A DNA stretch of 64,000 bases, taken from IMG/VR virus record IMGVR_UViG_3300045988_095842. One strand, 5' to 3'. Below the pieces are notes generated by a model. It was not told the DNA's origin, searched no databases, and saw only the letters and a list, made by a program, of their open reading frames with translations. Position 1 is the first letter of the stretch; each line of letters opens with the position of its first letter. The translations under genes were made by a program, and so were the position numbers. This DNA comes from a virus. Below are positions 16,803 to 25,993 of this stretch, piece after piece.

Positions 16803-18247
16803 TTCAGACTCACCTCAATCCTTGCTGCGCTCAGGTCGATAACCTGTCTCTGAGAAATATCAACATTTCCCGCCGTGTAAGTGCCAGTCTTCTGCGTCTC
16901 CGTACCAGTCGCTACTTTGATATCGCAGAATTTGATTCCAGGAAGGGCTGCATATATCGGCTGAATATAGCTTTGACTGAGGAAACTGTCTCCAATCGTC
17001 AGCTCTTTGGTGTTCAGGATGATACTTTTGATAATCTCCTCGTACTCGGCCTCGACCGATACACCGCCTTGCGTGATCTCGACTTTCACCCAGACATACA
17101 CCTTTTCCGGCCGGTTGAATCCTATGCTGATCGTGTCTCCATACTTCCCAAGGACGCTTGTGCGGATCTCTCCGAAGGTGTAAATCCCTCCGCTCTTTTT
17201 CTGCAGGATTGCTTTGGCAATCTCATCGGTATTCCCGCCGTCCACCACGACTTCTATGCTGTGCGGAGGTCTTCCCTCGGAGTCTTCTACGTCGGTCGCG
17301 TTCTCGTAGACCCTGACCGCCTTCGTATTCTCCACATCGCTCAGAATATAGGATTCGATTGCTTCGGCCTGCGCAGACGCGGAATTGTACTTTTTTCCGA
17401 CATACGAGAGCCTGAGCTGTGCATCCGACTCCTGCGTCTGACCAAGCGTTGGCTCCACTGCATTGATAATTGACTTCAGACCGGTCACGTTCGAGACAAC
17501 CTCCGTGATACTGCCTTCCGGAAGCACGATTTCTCCATAGTCGTTTGTCAGGTATGGCACGCATCCAGTCACAAAAACGGTAGTCAAATTCGCGGACAAT
17601 ACAACTTCGTTTTCACGGGTCTGCAATGAGTCCGTAATGACCAGATTTTCGTTTTTGCTGTCATAGGTAACCGTATATCCACTGACATCTTTAAGTGCGT
17701 TTCCCAGCCCACGCAGGACTGTTTCCGCGGTATCTGTCGTCTTCGAGGTATATTCATACATCTTGCCGTTCAACTGTATCTGGTAAGCTCCCTCCCTGAC
17801 TGTCACAGCGCGAATCTGGATTGCATGGCACTTCAGTCTTGTGATCTGCGTTGTTGCAGCACACTGCAGGCTGACCGTGGGATTGGTATTGGATGCAATC
17901 AAAGATCCCTTCGGAATTTCCGTTCCGTCCACTGCGGTTACATGGATGATATACTCAGATTTCCGGTTTCCTTCCCGGTAAACATTCCCGTACTGACATG
18001 CATTATCAAGGCTAATTCCGGATGCCGTTGACGGATACTTTGCATAGTACTCATCCTGTGCAGTCTCCCAGAGCGAAGCAATCTTGTCCGCAAAGGGAAC
18101 CAGAAGTGCTGCATTGATAAGGCTCTGCGGATTCTGCGATACATCGAAACCGACCACATCAGACACGTCATTCTGGATCTCTTCCAGAATCTCGTCATAC
18201 CGCTTCAGCACAAATCCCTTGTCTGTAACTCCATATGCTTCAGCCAT
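16799..18247 (-). CDS. baseplate J-like protein (XkdT-like)
   Basis: 482 aa. The N-terminus (KGFVLKRYDEILEEIQNDV...) and gene position fit the Baseplate_J family. Confidence 0.65.
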   Translation of the reverse strand: MAEAYGVTDKGFVLKRYDEILEEIQNDVSDVVGFDVSQNPQSLINAALLVPFADKIASLWETAQDEYYAKYPSTASGISLDNACQYGNVYREGNRKSEYIIHVTAVDGTEIPKGSLIASNTNPTVSLQCAATTQITRLKCHAIQIRAVTVREGAYQIQLNGKMYEYTSKTTDTAETVLRGLGNALKDVSGYTVTYDSKNENLVITDSLQTRENEVVLSANLTTVFVTGCVPYLTNDYGEIVLPEGSITEVVSNVTGLKSIINAVEPTLGQTQESDAQLRLSYVGKKYNSASAQAEAIESYILSDVENTKAVRVYENATDVEDSEGRPPHSIEVVVDGGNTDEIAKAILQKKSGGIYTFGEIRTSVLGKYGDTISIGFNRPEKVYVWVKVEITQGGVSVEAEYEEIIKSIILNTKELTIGDSFLSQSYIQPIYAALPGIKFCDIKVATGTETQKTGTYTAGNVDISQRQVIDLSAARIEVSLK

Positions 18248-18268
18248 CTTCCCTCCTTTCTTTCCATC

Positions 18269-18294
18269 AAAAAAGAGGCCCTTGTGAGGCCTCT
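18269..18294 (-). terminator. terminator immediately after the T5orf172 gene
   Basis: Hairpin AGAGGCC-CTTGTGA-GGCCTCT followed by T6 on the minus strand. Confidence 0.55.
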
Positions 18295-18305
18295 GGTTAC
18301 CTGTT

Positions 18306-19592
18306 TCAATTTTTTTGTTGCTCTCGCATTTTCAGCGATTGCCGGTACTGCTCAGCCGGTGCAATGTACGTAAAATCTGGTGTACCATCAAAATTCTCGT
18401 GCACCACCTTCTCGATCTCTTTAAGAGATACCCGGAAAAACTCTCGTCGCTGATTCACGAGATTCAGCTTTCTGTCCGCAAATGCATTGTGCAGCGCCGC
18501 CTCCAGCTTCGGTGCGTCCTTCGAAAAAATCATTGCATGGATATCGAAATCGAACGGAACAGATGCATCTCCGAGCTCATCCACACGATCTTCCGGAACA
18601 AGGCGTCTCGTCATACCAATCTTATAGACATTCTCACCGAACGCCCCAATATTGGAAATCACATATACATACCCGGCTTTCTGATTCGCCTCGCGGTAGT
18701 CCACATCCTTGAACTCCTTGTCAATCTTTTTAAGCTGATTTTCAAGTTCTTCCTTCTTTGCTGCCAAGGCTGCCTGTTCTTCCTGCGGTGCTTCTTTGAT
18801 TTGCATCTTGAGTTGCTTCAGAGCGTTTTGATAATGCTTCTGTTCTTTCTCCAGTTTCTTACGCTCTTCCTCAATTTCCCTGGCAAGCTTCTGCTCTTCA
18901 CGCAGTCTCGCTCTGGCCTCTTTCTGCTCTTCCTTCTCTTCTTGCTTCTTTTCCTGGTACTCAAAAGCAAGATACAGCTCTTCAAGCTTTAGCTGATAGT
19001 AATCGGAAGTAATGCGAATCGACATGATTTCTCCAAGCTTCGAGATAGCATCTCTGGATCTCTCAATTTTCTTTTCGCTTGCTTCCAGATTACTGTACCG
19101 CACATGCTCTATAGCATCGTCACACTCTGCATTGAAGGCACGAAGAAGCAACTTTTGCGTGTCGGCGACCATCTTCTTTCCTTTTCGCACATCACCATTG
19201 ACCGACCACGAAGCGATCCCGGTAACAGCAGACCCATCTCGTATCATGTCTTTCTGCTCAGCACGTATGCCAAGGAGTTTTGCTTTATACTCTTCAGAAT
19301 GCATAAACGGATAGTGCGGAGTATACAAGCCAAAACTCTGGAGAAGTACTTCGTCACGAGTTTCTACAAGCTCATCCTTGACTCCTTCCAGTTCTGCATT
19401 TTTAGCATCAATTTCGCTTTGTATTGCATTGCATGCATCCTTGAGCTTGTTGTACTGCGCAGTAGCCTTTTCAACTTCGCCATTTACTCTGGCAAGCTCT
19501 TCCTCAAGAGCAATAACCTTTTTGCCATCATCTGGCAAAAGCTCGCGCAAACGCTCAATTTCCTTCTTTTCTTTAAATCCGAACAGTGACAT
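18306..19592 (-). CDS. DUF4041 coiled-coil plus T5orf172 (MUG113, GIY-YIG-like) domain protein
   Basis: The C-terminus GYVYVISNIGAFGENVYKIGMTRRLVPEDRVDELGDASVPFDFDIHAMIF...EFF matches the T5orf172 pattern. The middle region is long and KE-rich. Confidence 0.75.
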   Translation of the reverse strand: MSLFGFKEKKEIERLRELLPDDGKKVIALEEELARVNGEVEKATAQYNKLKDACNAIQSEIDAKNAELEGVKDELVETRDEVLLQSFGLYTPHYPFMHSEEYKAKLLGIRAEQKDMIRDGSAVTGIASWSVNGDVRKGKKMVADTQKLLLRAFNAECDDAIEHVRYSNLEASEKKIERSRDAISKLGEIMSIRITSDYYQLKLEELYLAFEYQEKKQEEKEEQKEARARLREEQKLAREIEEERKKLEKEQKHYQNALKQLKMQIKEAPQEEQAALAAKKEELENQLKKIDKEFKDVDYREANQKAGYVYVISNIGAFGENVYKIGMTRRLVPEDRVDELGDASVPFDFDIHAMIFSKDAPKLEAALHNAFADRKLNLVNQRREFFRVSLKEIEKVVHENFDGTPDFTYIAPAEQYRQSLKMREQQKN

Positions 19593-19703
19593 GATTTTAT
19601 CTCCCCCATAGTGATGTCATATATCAATGTACAATATAATATCACCACTTGGCAGATTTATCAGAGCTATTGCCGGGAATCTTATTAGTAGCAAATTATA
19701 TAC

Positions 19704-19997
19704 TTATACCGGATGCGGATTCTGATAGTAAACTCTTACAATAATGTGGTATTTCTGTGAGCATGACGTGTTGAGATGAATATGATTATTCTGAGTTCTA
19801 TTAATAATGCACACCATAGCATTTTCCCATGTAGTTACTGGATAAGCTAAGACAAGTTCTATCCCAGTAGCTTGAATAAAAACATTATTGTCATAACTTA
19901 GTGCAATATCATTATCCTTATCTTTGGTCAAATATACTTGACCAAGATCTAGATCAATGTGCTTTACCCCCCCCGGTTGGCAATTATAAAATGGCAT
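19704..19997 (-). CDS. hypothetical small protein (MPF family, copy 3)
   Basis: 97 aa. AT-rich DNA. A GAAGGAG RBS lies upstream. Confidence 0.5.
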   Translation of the reverse strand: MPFYNCQPGGVKHIDLDLGQVYLTKDKDNDIALSYDNNVFIQATGIELVLAYPVTTWENAMVCIINRTQNNHIHLNTSCSQKYHIIVRVYYQNPHPV

Positions 19998-20000
19998 AAT

Positions 20001-20309
20001 TTACTCCTTCGGAAAACAAACAAAGTTTCCCTTACTGTCATATAAAAAGTCATTGCTTGTTGATACATAAAGATACGTATTATCATGAGAAACGCTCAAG
20101 TTTGATGTCTTAACATTTCCGTTCGGCCATCCCATTCCACAGTGTGACCCGTTGGCCATGTTAATTCCCCACGTAGCTTTCTTTGCAAATTCCTCGTATT
20201 AATCTTTATAGTTGAATTTGCCACTATGACCATTGTTGTACATGCTAAAACTTTTAACAATTATTTCTGTTTCTTTCTTTCCTCCACCATTTGCTGAAAA
20301 GAACGGCAT
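20001..20309 (-). pseudogene. MPF-family copy 2 with an in-frame TAA
   Basis: My own translation: MPFFSANGGGKKETEIIVKSFSMYNNGHSGKFNYKD*YEEFAKKATWGINMANG...CFPKE. The in-frame TAA is at 20199-20201. An AAAGGAGG RBS lies upstream. Confidence 0.45.
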
Positions 20310-20319
20310 AATACCTCCT

Positions 20320-20598
20320 TTAAGAAGGAATATATGCAACACAAAAGCTCACTGTATAGAATGGGGCTGAGTTCGTCCAAGATCCTCCGCAGGAAATAGT
20401 GACACTGTTGCCACTGAGAGAACAAGAACAATTCATCTGTTGCCCGTTTCCAGTATTGTCTTGCTTAAAACTCGTAATGCCCGCTGCGATTGGCGTATAT
20501 CCTTCAAGTGATACATCTATCTGTTTTGTATATGGCTTATAGGTGCGACCAATATCAAAGGTCTTTGTTACATGCTTTATTTTACCCCCCCACGGCAC
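20320..20598 (-). CDS. hypothetical small protein (MPW..., copy 1; GTG start, weak RBS)
   Basis: 92 aa ORF. Confidence 0.4.
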   Translation of the reverse strand: MPWGGKIKHVTKTFDIGRTYKPYTKQIDVSLEGYTPIAAGITSFKQDNTGNGQQMNCSCSLSGNSVTISCGGSWTNSAPFYTVSFCVAYIPS

Positions 20599-20611
20599 GG
20601 ATAGAAGCTCA

Positions 20612-20746
20612 TTATGCCAGCTCCTCTCCGAACAGCAGAAGGTACTGCTCTCTCACAGCATTACGATACTGCTCATCTACATCCTCGATAGTCTTGCTTC
20701 CTCTGTAAATACACCTTACTAAAATCCTTGCTTTTGCTTTGGTCAT
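20612..20746 (-). CDS. XkdX-like small tail-module protein (44 aa)
   Basis: My own translation: MTKAKARILVRCIYRGSKTIEDVDEQYRNAVREQYLLLFGEELA. A GGAGGG RBS lies upstream. Confidence 0.4.
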   Translation of the reverse strand: MTKAKARILVRCIYRGSKTIEDVDEQYRNAVREQYLLLFGEELA

Positions 20747-20759
20747 TTCGATACCCTCC

Positions 20760-21077
20760 TTATGCGATCAGATCAGCCACAGCGTCCTCAAGGTCGCTTA
20801 CTCTCTGCTCCAGAACTTCCTTCTCTGTCAGGTTTCTGACTGTAAAGCGCGCCACGATCTTACCGTCCGTACCAAGCTCTACCTGCGCTCCGGTATATAC
20901 AGCTTCGGTGATGGGCTCACCATCAAATGTGCCACCGATGAGGTTGTCTGCTACTTCGAACTGGGCTTTGATCGCGTCCAGTGCCGCAAATGTGGTTGCA
21001 TCAAAAACCAAAGTGTTGATGGTGGACGTGTCTCTGAAATCGAATGTCTTCCCGTTCTTGAACTTGAGTGTCTTCAT
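20760..21077 (-). CDS. hypothetical tail-module protein (in the XkdW position)
   Basis: 105 aa ORF. Confidence 0.5.
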   Translation of the reverse strand: MKTLKFKNGKTFDFRDTSTINTLVFDATTFAALDAIKAQFEVADNLIGGTFDGEPITEAVYTGAQVELGTDGKIVARFTVRNLTEKEVLEQRVSDLEDAVADLIA

Positions 21078-21090
21078 GTTTTTTCTCCTT

Positions 21091-21456
21091 TTAATTTCTT
21101 ACTGTGATGCACGCATCAAATGCACTTTTCTGCGCATCAAATGTCACTGTGCAAGTTCCTGCTGTTGCTGTTACGTTTGTTGGCGAAATTCCGTAAACCG
21201 TCGTCCACGGAGTTATCAGGGAATTTTCCGTAATGCTCGCATCTTTGAAAGTCAGTGTCCCGCCGGCCGCGGTGAGAGACTGCGCAGGAAGAAGTTTTTC
21301 CGTTTTTGCGTCTACACTCTTTAGTGCATCCGCGCTTGGCAGCTTTCTCACGAGACTCGTTGCACTTTTGATCTGGTCTAATGCAAGCACATTTTTAAAT
21401 ACGCAGTCCAAGATATTGCCGATTTTTACTTTTGCCAAGGTTACCTCCTTTCTCAA
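21091..21456 (-). CDS. hypothetical tail-module protein
   Basis: 121 aa ORF. Confidence 0.5.
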   Translation of the reverse strand: MRKEVTLAKVKIGNILDCVFKNVLALDQIKSATSLVRKLPSADALKSVDAKTEKLLPAQSLTAAGGTLTFKDASITENSLITPWTTVYGISPTNVTATAGTCTVTFDAQKSAFDACITVRN

Positions 21457-21641
21457 AAAGTAATGTTTATGTCTCCATCATCTGTCAACTCAAAAGAAAA
21501 AGTTCTTCCATCCGGAGTTTCTGCATATAGATTTCCGTCATCATCTGCCGTCAGCGTAAATACTCCGTATGGGATCTCTGCCCGAATTTTATCTATTGCA
21601 TGTTGCAGACCTTGTTTGTTGGTATATCTGTTTTCAGCCAT
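21453..21641 (-). CDS. hypothetical small protein
   Basis: 62 aa ORF with overlapping stop/start. Confidence 0.45.
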   Translation of the reverse strand: MAENRYTNKQGLQHAIDKIRAEIPYGVFTLTADDDGNLYAETPDGRTFSFELTDDGDINITF

Positions 21642-21656
21642 AACGGAGTACCTCCG

Positions 21657-22310
21657 TTACGTAAACATTGCATCGATTTCTTCGTTGCTGATGGGAACAA
21701 GCTCAGACTTTTTTACGTATCCGGACATATCCACATCGGTACTACCGATCTTCTCAAAAGTCTTTAGTTCTTTAAGCCAGATGTACTCATCGTGAGAGTC
21801 TCCAGCTCCATGAGCGTGAGGAATGAGATAAATCACGCCCTCTTTTCCGGTTTCCGGGAGGCTTTCCACTAGCGAGAAAGAGATCCCTGTGAATCCCGCA
21901 ATAGCAGCCGCAATTGCAGCCGCCATTTCTGTTTTTGTCGGCGCGTCAGTGATTCCGTAGCCAGACAAGGTGTTTGACTTGTTAGCTTTTCCAGCGATGG
22001 CAGAAGCGACCGCCTTTCCATTTACCGGAGCCGTCCCGTCTGCTGCGTATGAGCTTGTAGTATTCGAGGCAGGGAGGGAAGTCGGCTTATTCTTTATCAC
22101 GGCCCCGCCGCTCGTAGCATTCCAGTCCGCTTGTACATTGACCTGTGCACCGGCAGCAATTCCAGACAGCTTTGTTTTCTCGGCTGTTGTGTAGTCATTG
22201 GTGGAAAGTCCTTTTCCATCAGCCTTGTCCACCTTTCCGCCAAGGAACTCCTTGATCTTTCCTACCACATAAGTTATGCCTGCCTTATCAACAAAGTTTG
22301 TATTTGCCAT
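21657..22310 (-). CDS. tail fibre protein with a phage fibre repeat
   Basis: Contains the motif GKGLSTNDYTTAEKTKLSGI, common in phage tail fibres. Confidence 0.6.
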   Translation of the reverse strand: MANTNFVDKAGITYVVGKIKEFLGGKVDKADGKGLSTNDYTTAEKTKLSGIAAGAQVNVQADWNATSGGAVIKNKPTSLPASNTTSSYAADGTAPVNGKAVASAIAGKANKSNTLSGYGITDAPTKTEMAAAIAAAIAGFTGISFSLVESLPETGKEGVIYLIPHAHGAGDSHDEYIWLKELKTFEKIGSTDVDMSGYVKKSELVPISNEEIDAMFT

Positions 22311-22323
22311 TCTTTATCCTTTC

Positions 22324-22626
22324 TTAAAAAAGCTGAGCCAGCCACTCTATCGGTATGGCATCATCTTTACTTACAGCGTCAACCTCATCTGGTGTGTACG
22401 TGGGCTTCTTGGCCTCTTTCGCCCAGTCGCTTACGGTCGGATCCGTTTCCTGCATGTCTCCCTGGATGATTTTTCCATTAAGAGTCGGTTTATTGGACAA
22501 TGCATTATAGTCGCTTGTTCCTCCTGCATCGTCTACGTCCATCGTAAATCCAGGAGTAGGAGACACATCTCCGTATAGCTCTATATGCTGTGTGTCTCCA
22601 CGAATTTCAAAATCAAATTTATCCAT
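22324..22626 (-). CDS. hypothetical tail-module protein
   Basis: 100 aa ORF. Confidence 0.5.
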   Translation of the reverse strand: MDKFDFEIRGDTQHIELYGDVSPTPGFTMDVDDAGGTSDYNALSNKPTLNGKIIQGDMQETDPTVSDWAKEAKKPTYTPDEVDAVSKDDAIPIEWLAQLF

Positions 22627-22945
22627 TTAAGCTTTCCTCATTAAGTATGTCTCCATTGACATAATCCCTTACAATGGATGTTCCTTTGACCTCTCCATGC
22701 TCCGTCCCATCATCAATCAGCACCTTGACTTGTACTCTCACCTCTCCCAGCGAAAGCTTCACTGTTTGTTCTGGCGTAAAAACCACCGTGCCGACACCGT
22801 TCTGATCGAACGTAATTTCCTGATCAATTTGTACTACTCGCGGATACTCCTGCTTGATCGTGATGACAGCCTTTTTGATCTTTGTCATGTCAAGACCGTC
22901 ACTATGCAGCGTAACCGTCTTTTTTTCTGTCGTTCCTCTTCTCAT
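22619..22945 (-). CDS. hypothetical tail-module protein
   Basis: 108 aa ORF. Confidence 0.5.
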   Translation of the reverse strand: MRRGTTEKKTVTLHSDGLDMTKIKKAVITIKQEYPRVVQIDQEITFDQNGVGTVVFTPEQTVKLSLGEVRVQVKVLIDDGTEHGEVKGTSIVRDYVNGDILNEESLNG

Positions 22946-22951
22946 TACTTA

Positions 22952-23668
22952 TCAAAGCTCCGTGTACAGATCTCCGGTCACCTCGTCAAAAGTGACGGAT
23001 GCAGCCTTTATAGTTCCATCTTCTGCTACCGAAATCGTGCTTCCGTCTGGCTTTACAATTCCGACCTTACTTCCCGTTGCAATGCCAACATCAGTGACAT
23101 TCTCAACCTTTTTTACGGCATCTTCGGCCTTCTTATCGGTTGATGCCAGATTCTTCACAACCTCATTCACAGCCTTAACAAGATCCGTCTTTTCAGCGGT
23201 TGTCAGTTCCGTAAGCGTTCCGACGTTTTCCAAGCCTTTATCAGCCTTAGTCAGCACCCAGTTGATCGCAGTAACAAGGTTGTCTTTCGGAGTTGTCGCA
23301 AGCTGATCCAAATGGCCTTCTACATCTTTTGCACGCTGCACTTCCTCCGTAATTTTATGAGTATTATCACCAACAACTTTGGAGAGCGCATTGAACTTGC
23401 TTACAGCAGAATCAGCAGTCTCATTTGCTGTGGTTATTCTTCCATCATGTTCACTCAGCGTTTGATCTATTTCCGTATCCTTTTGGGAGATCTTTTTAAT
23501 TGCTTCATGAATACTTACAATGTTTTCGTCCTGTGCTGCATCATTTTTAGCAAGGACAATAATCTTGGCAGTCGCATCTACAAGAGATTGCGCCGTCTCT
23601 TTGTCCATGATCAGAAATTCAGTTTTTACACCATTTACTTCGATCTGGATGGTGTCAATTTTTGCCAT
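22952..23668 (-). CDS. fibre-like coiled-coil protein
   Basis: Repeated segments of the form ..KDNLVTAINWV.. and ..KTDLVKAVNEV.. are typical of phage fibre shafts. Confidence 0.5.
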   Translation of the reverse strand: MAKIDTIQIEVNGVKTEFLIMDKETAQSLVDATAKIIVLAKNDAAQDENIVSIHEAIKKISQKDTEIDQTLSEHDGRITTANETADSAVSKFNALSKVVGDNTHKITEEVQRAKDVEGHLDQLATTPKDNLVTAINWVLTKADKGLENVGTLTELTTAEKTDLVKAVNEVVKNLASTDKKAEDAVKKVENVTDVGIATGSKVGIVKPDGSTISVAEDGTIKAASVTFDEVTGDLYTEL

Positions 23669-24179
23669 TCATGCCTCCTATTACCAATGTCGTTCCATTT
23701 ACAGAAACCGGAGCTTTTTCCGTAAATATGAGCGAAGATCCCTGAACATAACAAAGAGTGTCATCCATTTTCAGAATGAGATTTCTTCCTCTGACGGTAG
23801 CGATAATGCCTGTTCCATCCGCATCCGCTCCGAGAGGCACAAACTCCATCATGTCGATCTTCCCCTGATTGGTGATCGCTTTAAAAGAGATCCGCGCCAC
23901 TCTCTGCCTGCTATGGATGGATAGCGTCATGTCCTGCACCGAGACCACACCATCGACCGACAGAATAGCGTCTTCCAGCATTCTTCTTACGATCAGCTTG
24001 CTCGGATTCTTAATCAGGACTTTCTCGAACCACTTGACCCCGTAGGACCAGTTGTAAACCCATTCAGCAAAAAACCACCGGAGCTTGATCAGGATTGCCT
24101 GCTCAATGCTGTCGGTGGTATGCACATCAAAGCCGAAGATCGCAAGATCCCCGTTTTTTGTCATCTGTAAGTCATTCAA
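23655..24179 (-). CDS. baseplate wedge protein (gp25/W / XkdS-like)
   Basis: 174 aa. Contains IEQAILIKL...ML.DAILSVDGVVSV... Confidence 0.5.
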   Translation of the reverse strand: MNDLQMTKNGDLAIFGFDVHTTDSIEQAILIKLRWFFAEWVYNWSYGVKWFEKVLIKNPSKLIVRRMLEDAILSVDGVVSVQDMTLSIHSRQRVARISFKAITNQGKIDMMEFVPLGADADGTGIIATVRGRNLILKMDDTLCYVQGSSLIFTEKAPVSVNGTTLVIGGMNGKN

Positions 24180-24757
24180 GATCCGTTACCTCCTCCCGGA
24201 AAGCTTCCGGTGCATGTAATGTCTCCATTGACATGCAGATTTCCGTGAATCGTTACGGAGTTCTCTTCGATCACAATCTTGCATCCGGACGTGACTTCAA
24301 TTTTGTCCTTCCAGATTTTGACCTTTGCATTGCTGTTCTTGACTACGATAGCATCATCCTTGTTGGCTTCCTTCTGTGCTTCCACAGCACCCTTCTGGAG
24401 CCCAGGAACAGCCATCGCGTTCTGCAATTCAAATCTTTCATCCATCTGGTCATTTGACGTATCTGTGAGCCACGAAGACACAGACTGCTCTGCACAGGTC
24501 ATCATGACGGTATCACCCTTTTTGATCGGTGATACGCAAGCACATTCCTTGCCAGCATTCAGCACCAGCGGAACAGCCGGAACAATCGGATACTCAAGCT
24601 CAATACCACTCACGTAGTAAGATCCAAGCGGCTGCAGATCAACAAGCCCCTTCTTCTCATCAATGCTGACGATTTTGGCCGGCATCGAAGTATGCAGACT
24701 GGAATTCATAACATCCTTGATCGTATTTTCAATCTGCTCTACAAGCTCCTGTATCAT
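24176..24757 (-). CDS. baseplate spike / gpV-like protein
   Basis: Contains MPAKIVSIDEKKGLVDLQPL... The likely start MIQELV overlaps the upstream stop (ATGA). Confidence 0.5.
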   Translation of the reverse strand: MIQELVEQIENTIKDVMNSSLHTSMPAKIVSIDEKKGLVDLQPLGSYYVSGIELEYPIVPAVPLVLNAGKECACVSPIKKGDTVMMTCAEQSVSSWLTDTSNDQMDERFELQNAMAVPGLQKGAVEAQKEANKDDAIVVKNSNAKVKIWKDKIEVTSGCKIVIEENSVTIHGNLHVNGDITCTGSFPGGGNGS

Positions 24758-25677
24758 TTCTTCACCTCTATAAGCTGTGCGGTACATTTCCAGTCACCGC
24801 CGTAGTTATCTCCGTCCATAGACAGCTTATGTACCCGGAAATATCCGCTCACCGTCTTGCTCTTTAAGGAAATCAGGTCATTGACGCCAATTGCAGGATT
24901 CAGCAGATAGCTGACCTCATACCCCGGAATTCCCTTATCTGCCGTACTGGCAGTGCCTTCCTTCTTGGACTTCGAAGTGGATTTTGACTTCCCGCTGTTC
25001 ACATTACTGTCACTGATCGTGATCTTCTTCGGAATACTGATCAGACCAGATTCTGCCGATAACTGATAAGCCTTCGGAACGATTGCTTCCCCGGACTCAT
25101 AGACCTGCAGGATTCCGTTCTGGATCGAAAAGGTAAGGCCTGCCTTGCGTAAAACAGCCTGCAATGCTGCCCGGAACTTACCTACATAGCAATATCCGTT
25201 ATCATATTTTGCAGATTGCAGCTTTTCTCTGGCCTTTTCCGTGATGATTGCCGAGTCAATCTCCATCTTCTTGACAATCTTGTCCAGCACTTCTGCGCAC
25301 GTAACCACTCCGTTCATGGAGAGCCACCCTACCAGATCGGTATTCGCAAAGCCATCCACCACATCAATTTCCAGATCTCGGTCTGCATTGGAAAGCGTCT
25401 CGGACGTGGTGGAAACTGTTCCGCAGAAAATCATTCCCATTCCGCTTTCATAGCCTGCCGAAAGCTCCACGTAGCAATCCTTTTTATTGAGTATCGCCTT
25501 ATGCTCATCACTCAGGTTGCTCAGTGTGATCGTGCCTGTATTACTGGCCTGCGTATCTGCTTTTTCCAGCTTAAATGAAATGTGCAGAGGTCTTGAAACC
25601 CCTGCACTCTCAATCTTGAAGCCTTCCTTACCTTTTGGCCCGGCAACAAATCGGTATTCTCTTATCCATTGTTTCAT
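24754..25677 (-). CDS. baseplate hub protein (XkdQ / gpD-like)
   Basis: About 307 aa, positioned after the tape measure and small tail proteins. Confidence 0.5.
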   Translation of the reverse strand: MKQWIREYRFVAGPKGKEGFKIESAGVSRPLHISFKLEKADTQASNTGTITLSNLSDEHKAILNKKDCYVELSAGYESGMGMIFCGTVSTTSETLSNADRDLEIDVVDGFANTDLVGWLSMNGVVTCAEVLDKIVKKMEIDSAIITEKAREKLQSAKYDNGYCYVGKFRAALQAVLRKAGLTFSIQNGILQVYESGEAIVPKAYQLSAESGLISIPKKITISDSNVNSGKSKSTSKSKKEGTASTADKGIPGYEVSYLLNPAIGVNDLISLKSKTVSGYFRVHKLSMDGDNYGGDWKCTAQLIEVKK

Positions 25678-25678
25678 G

Positions 25679-25990
25679 TTACAGCTCCCCCGCCTCCGCA
25701 TAGACCATATGAGCCGTTTTATCACGGAAGTCCGACTCTCCTACCGTATCTTTCCTGCAAGCACAGAAAAGAGATCCAGACGGAAGATCCGTCCCGGTAT
25801 AAACCGAAAACAAATCAAAGTACGGAACAATTTTCGTCATCGGGATAATCGGTTCCTTCATGCTGTCGTAGATCCCAACCGACCAGAAATCAAACCGGCT
25901 GTTATAGGTGAATCGGAGATAATATTCTGTCTCTCCAAGCGTAATGCTGCTCATGCTGTCATGCTCATCCGGAACAAATATTTCGAACAT
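25679..25990 (-). CDS. small tail/baseplate protein
   Basis: 103 aa ORF. Confidence 0.5.
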   Translation of the reverse strand: MFEIFVPDEHDSMSSITLGETEYYLRFTYNSRFDFWSVGIYDSMKEPIIPMTKIVPYFDLFSVYTGTDLPSGSLFCACRKDTVGESDFRDKTAHMVYAEAGEL

Positions 25991-25993
25991 TCA

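Noticed and set aside
18700-19000. A repetitive AG-rich stretch in the T5orf172 gene as a possible repeat element.
   Set aside because: It encodes a continuous KE-rich coiled coil (EEKEEQKEARARLREEQKLAREIEEERKKLEKEQ) within an intact ORF, so it is compositional and not a DNA-level element.
14476-23668. A diversity-generating retroelement acting on the tail fibres.
   Set aside because: There is no reverse transcriptase ORF anywhere in the window, and I could not see a template/variable repeat pair near either fibre gene.
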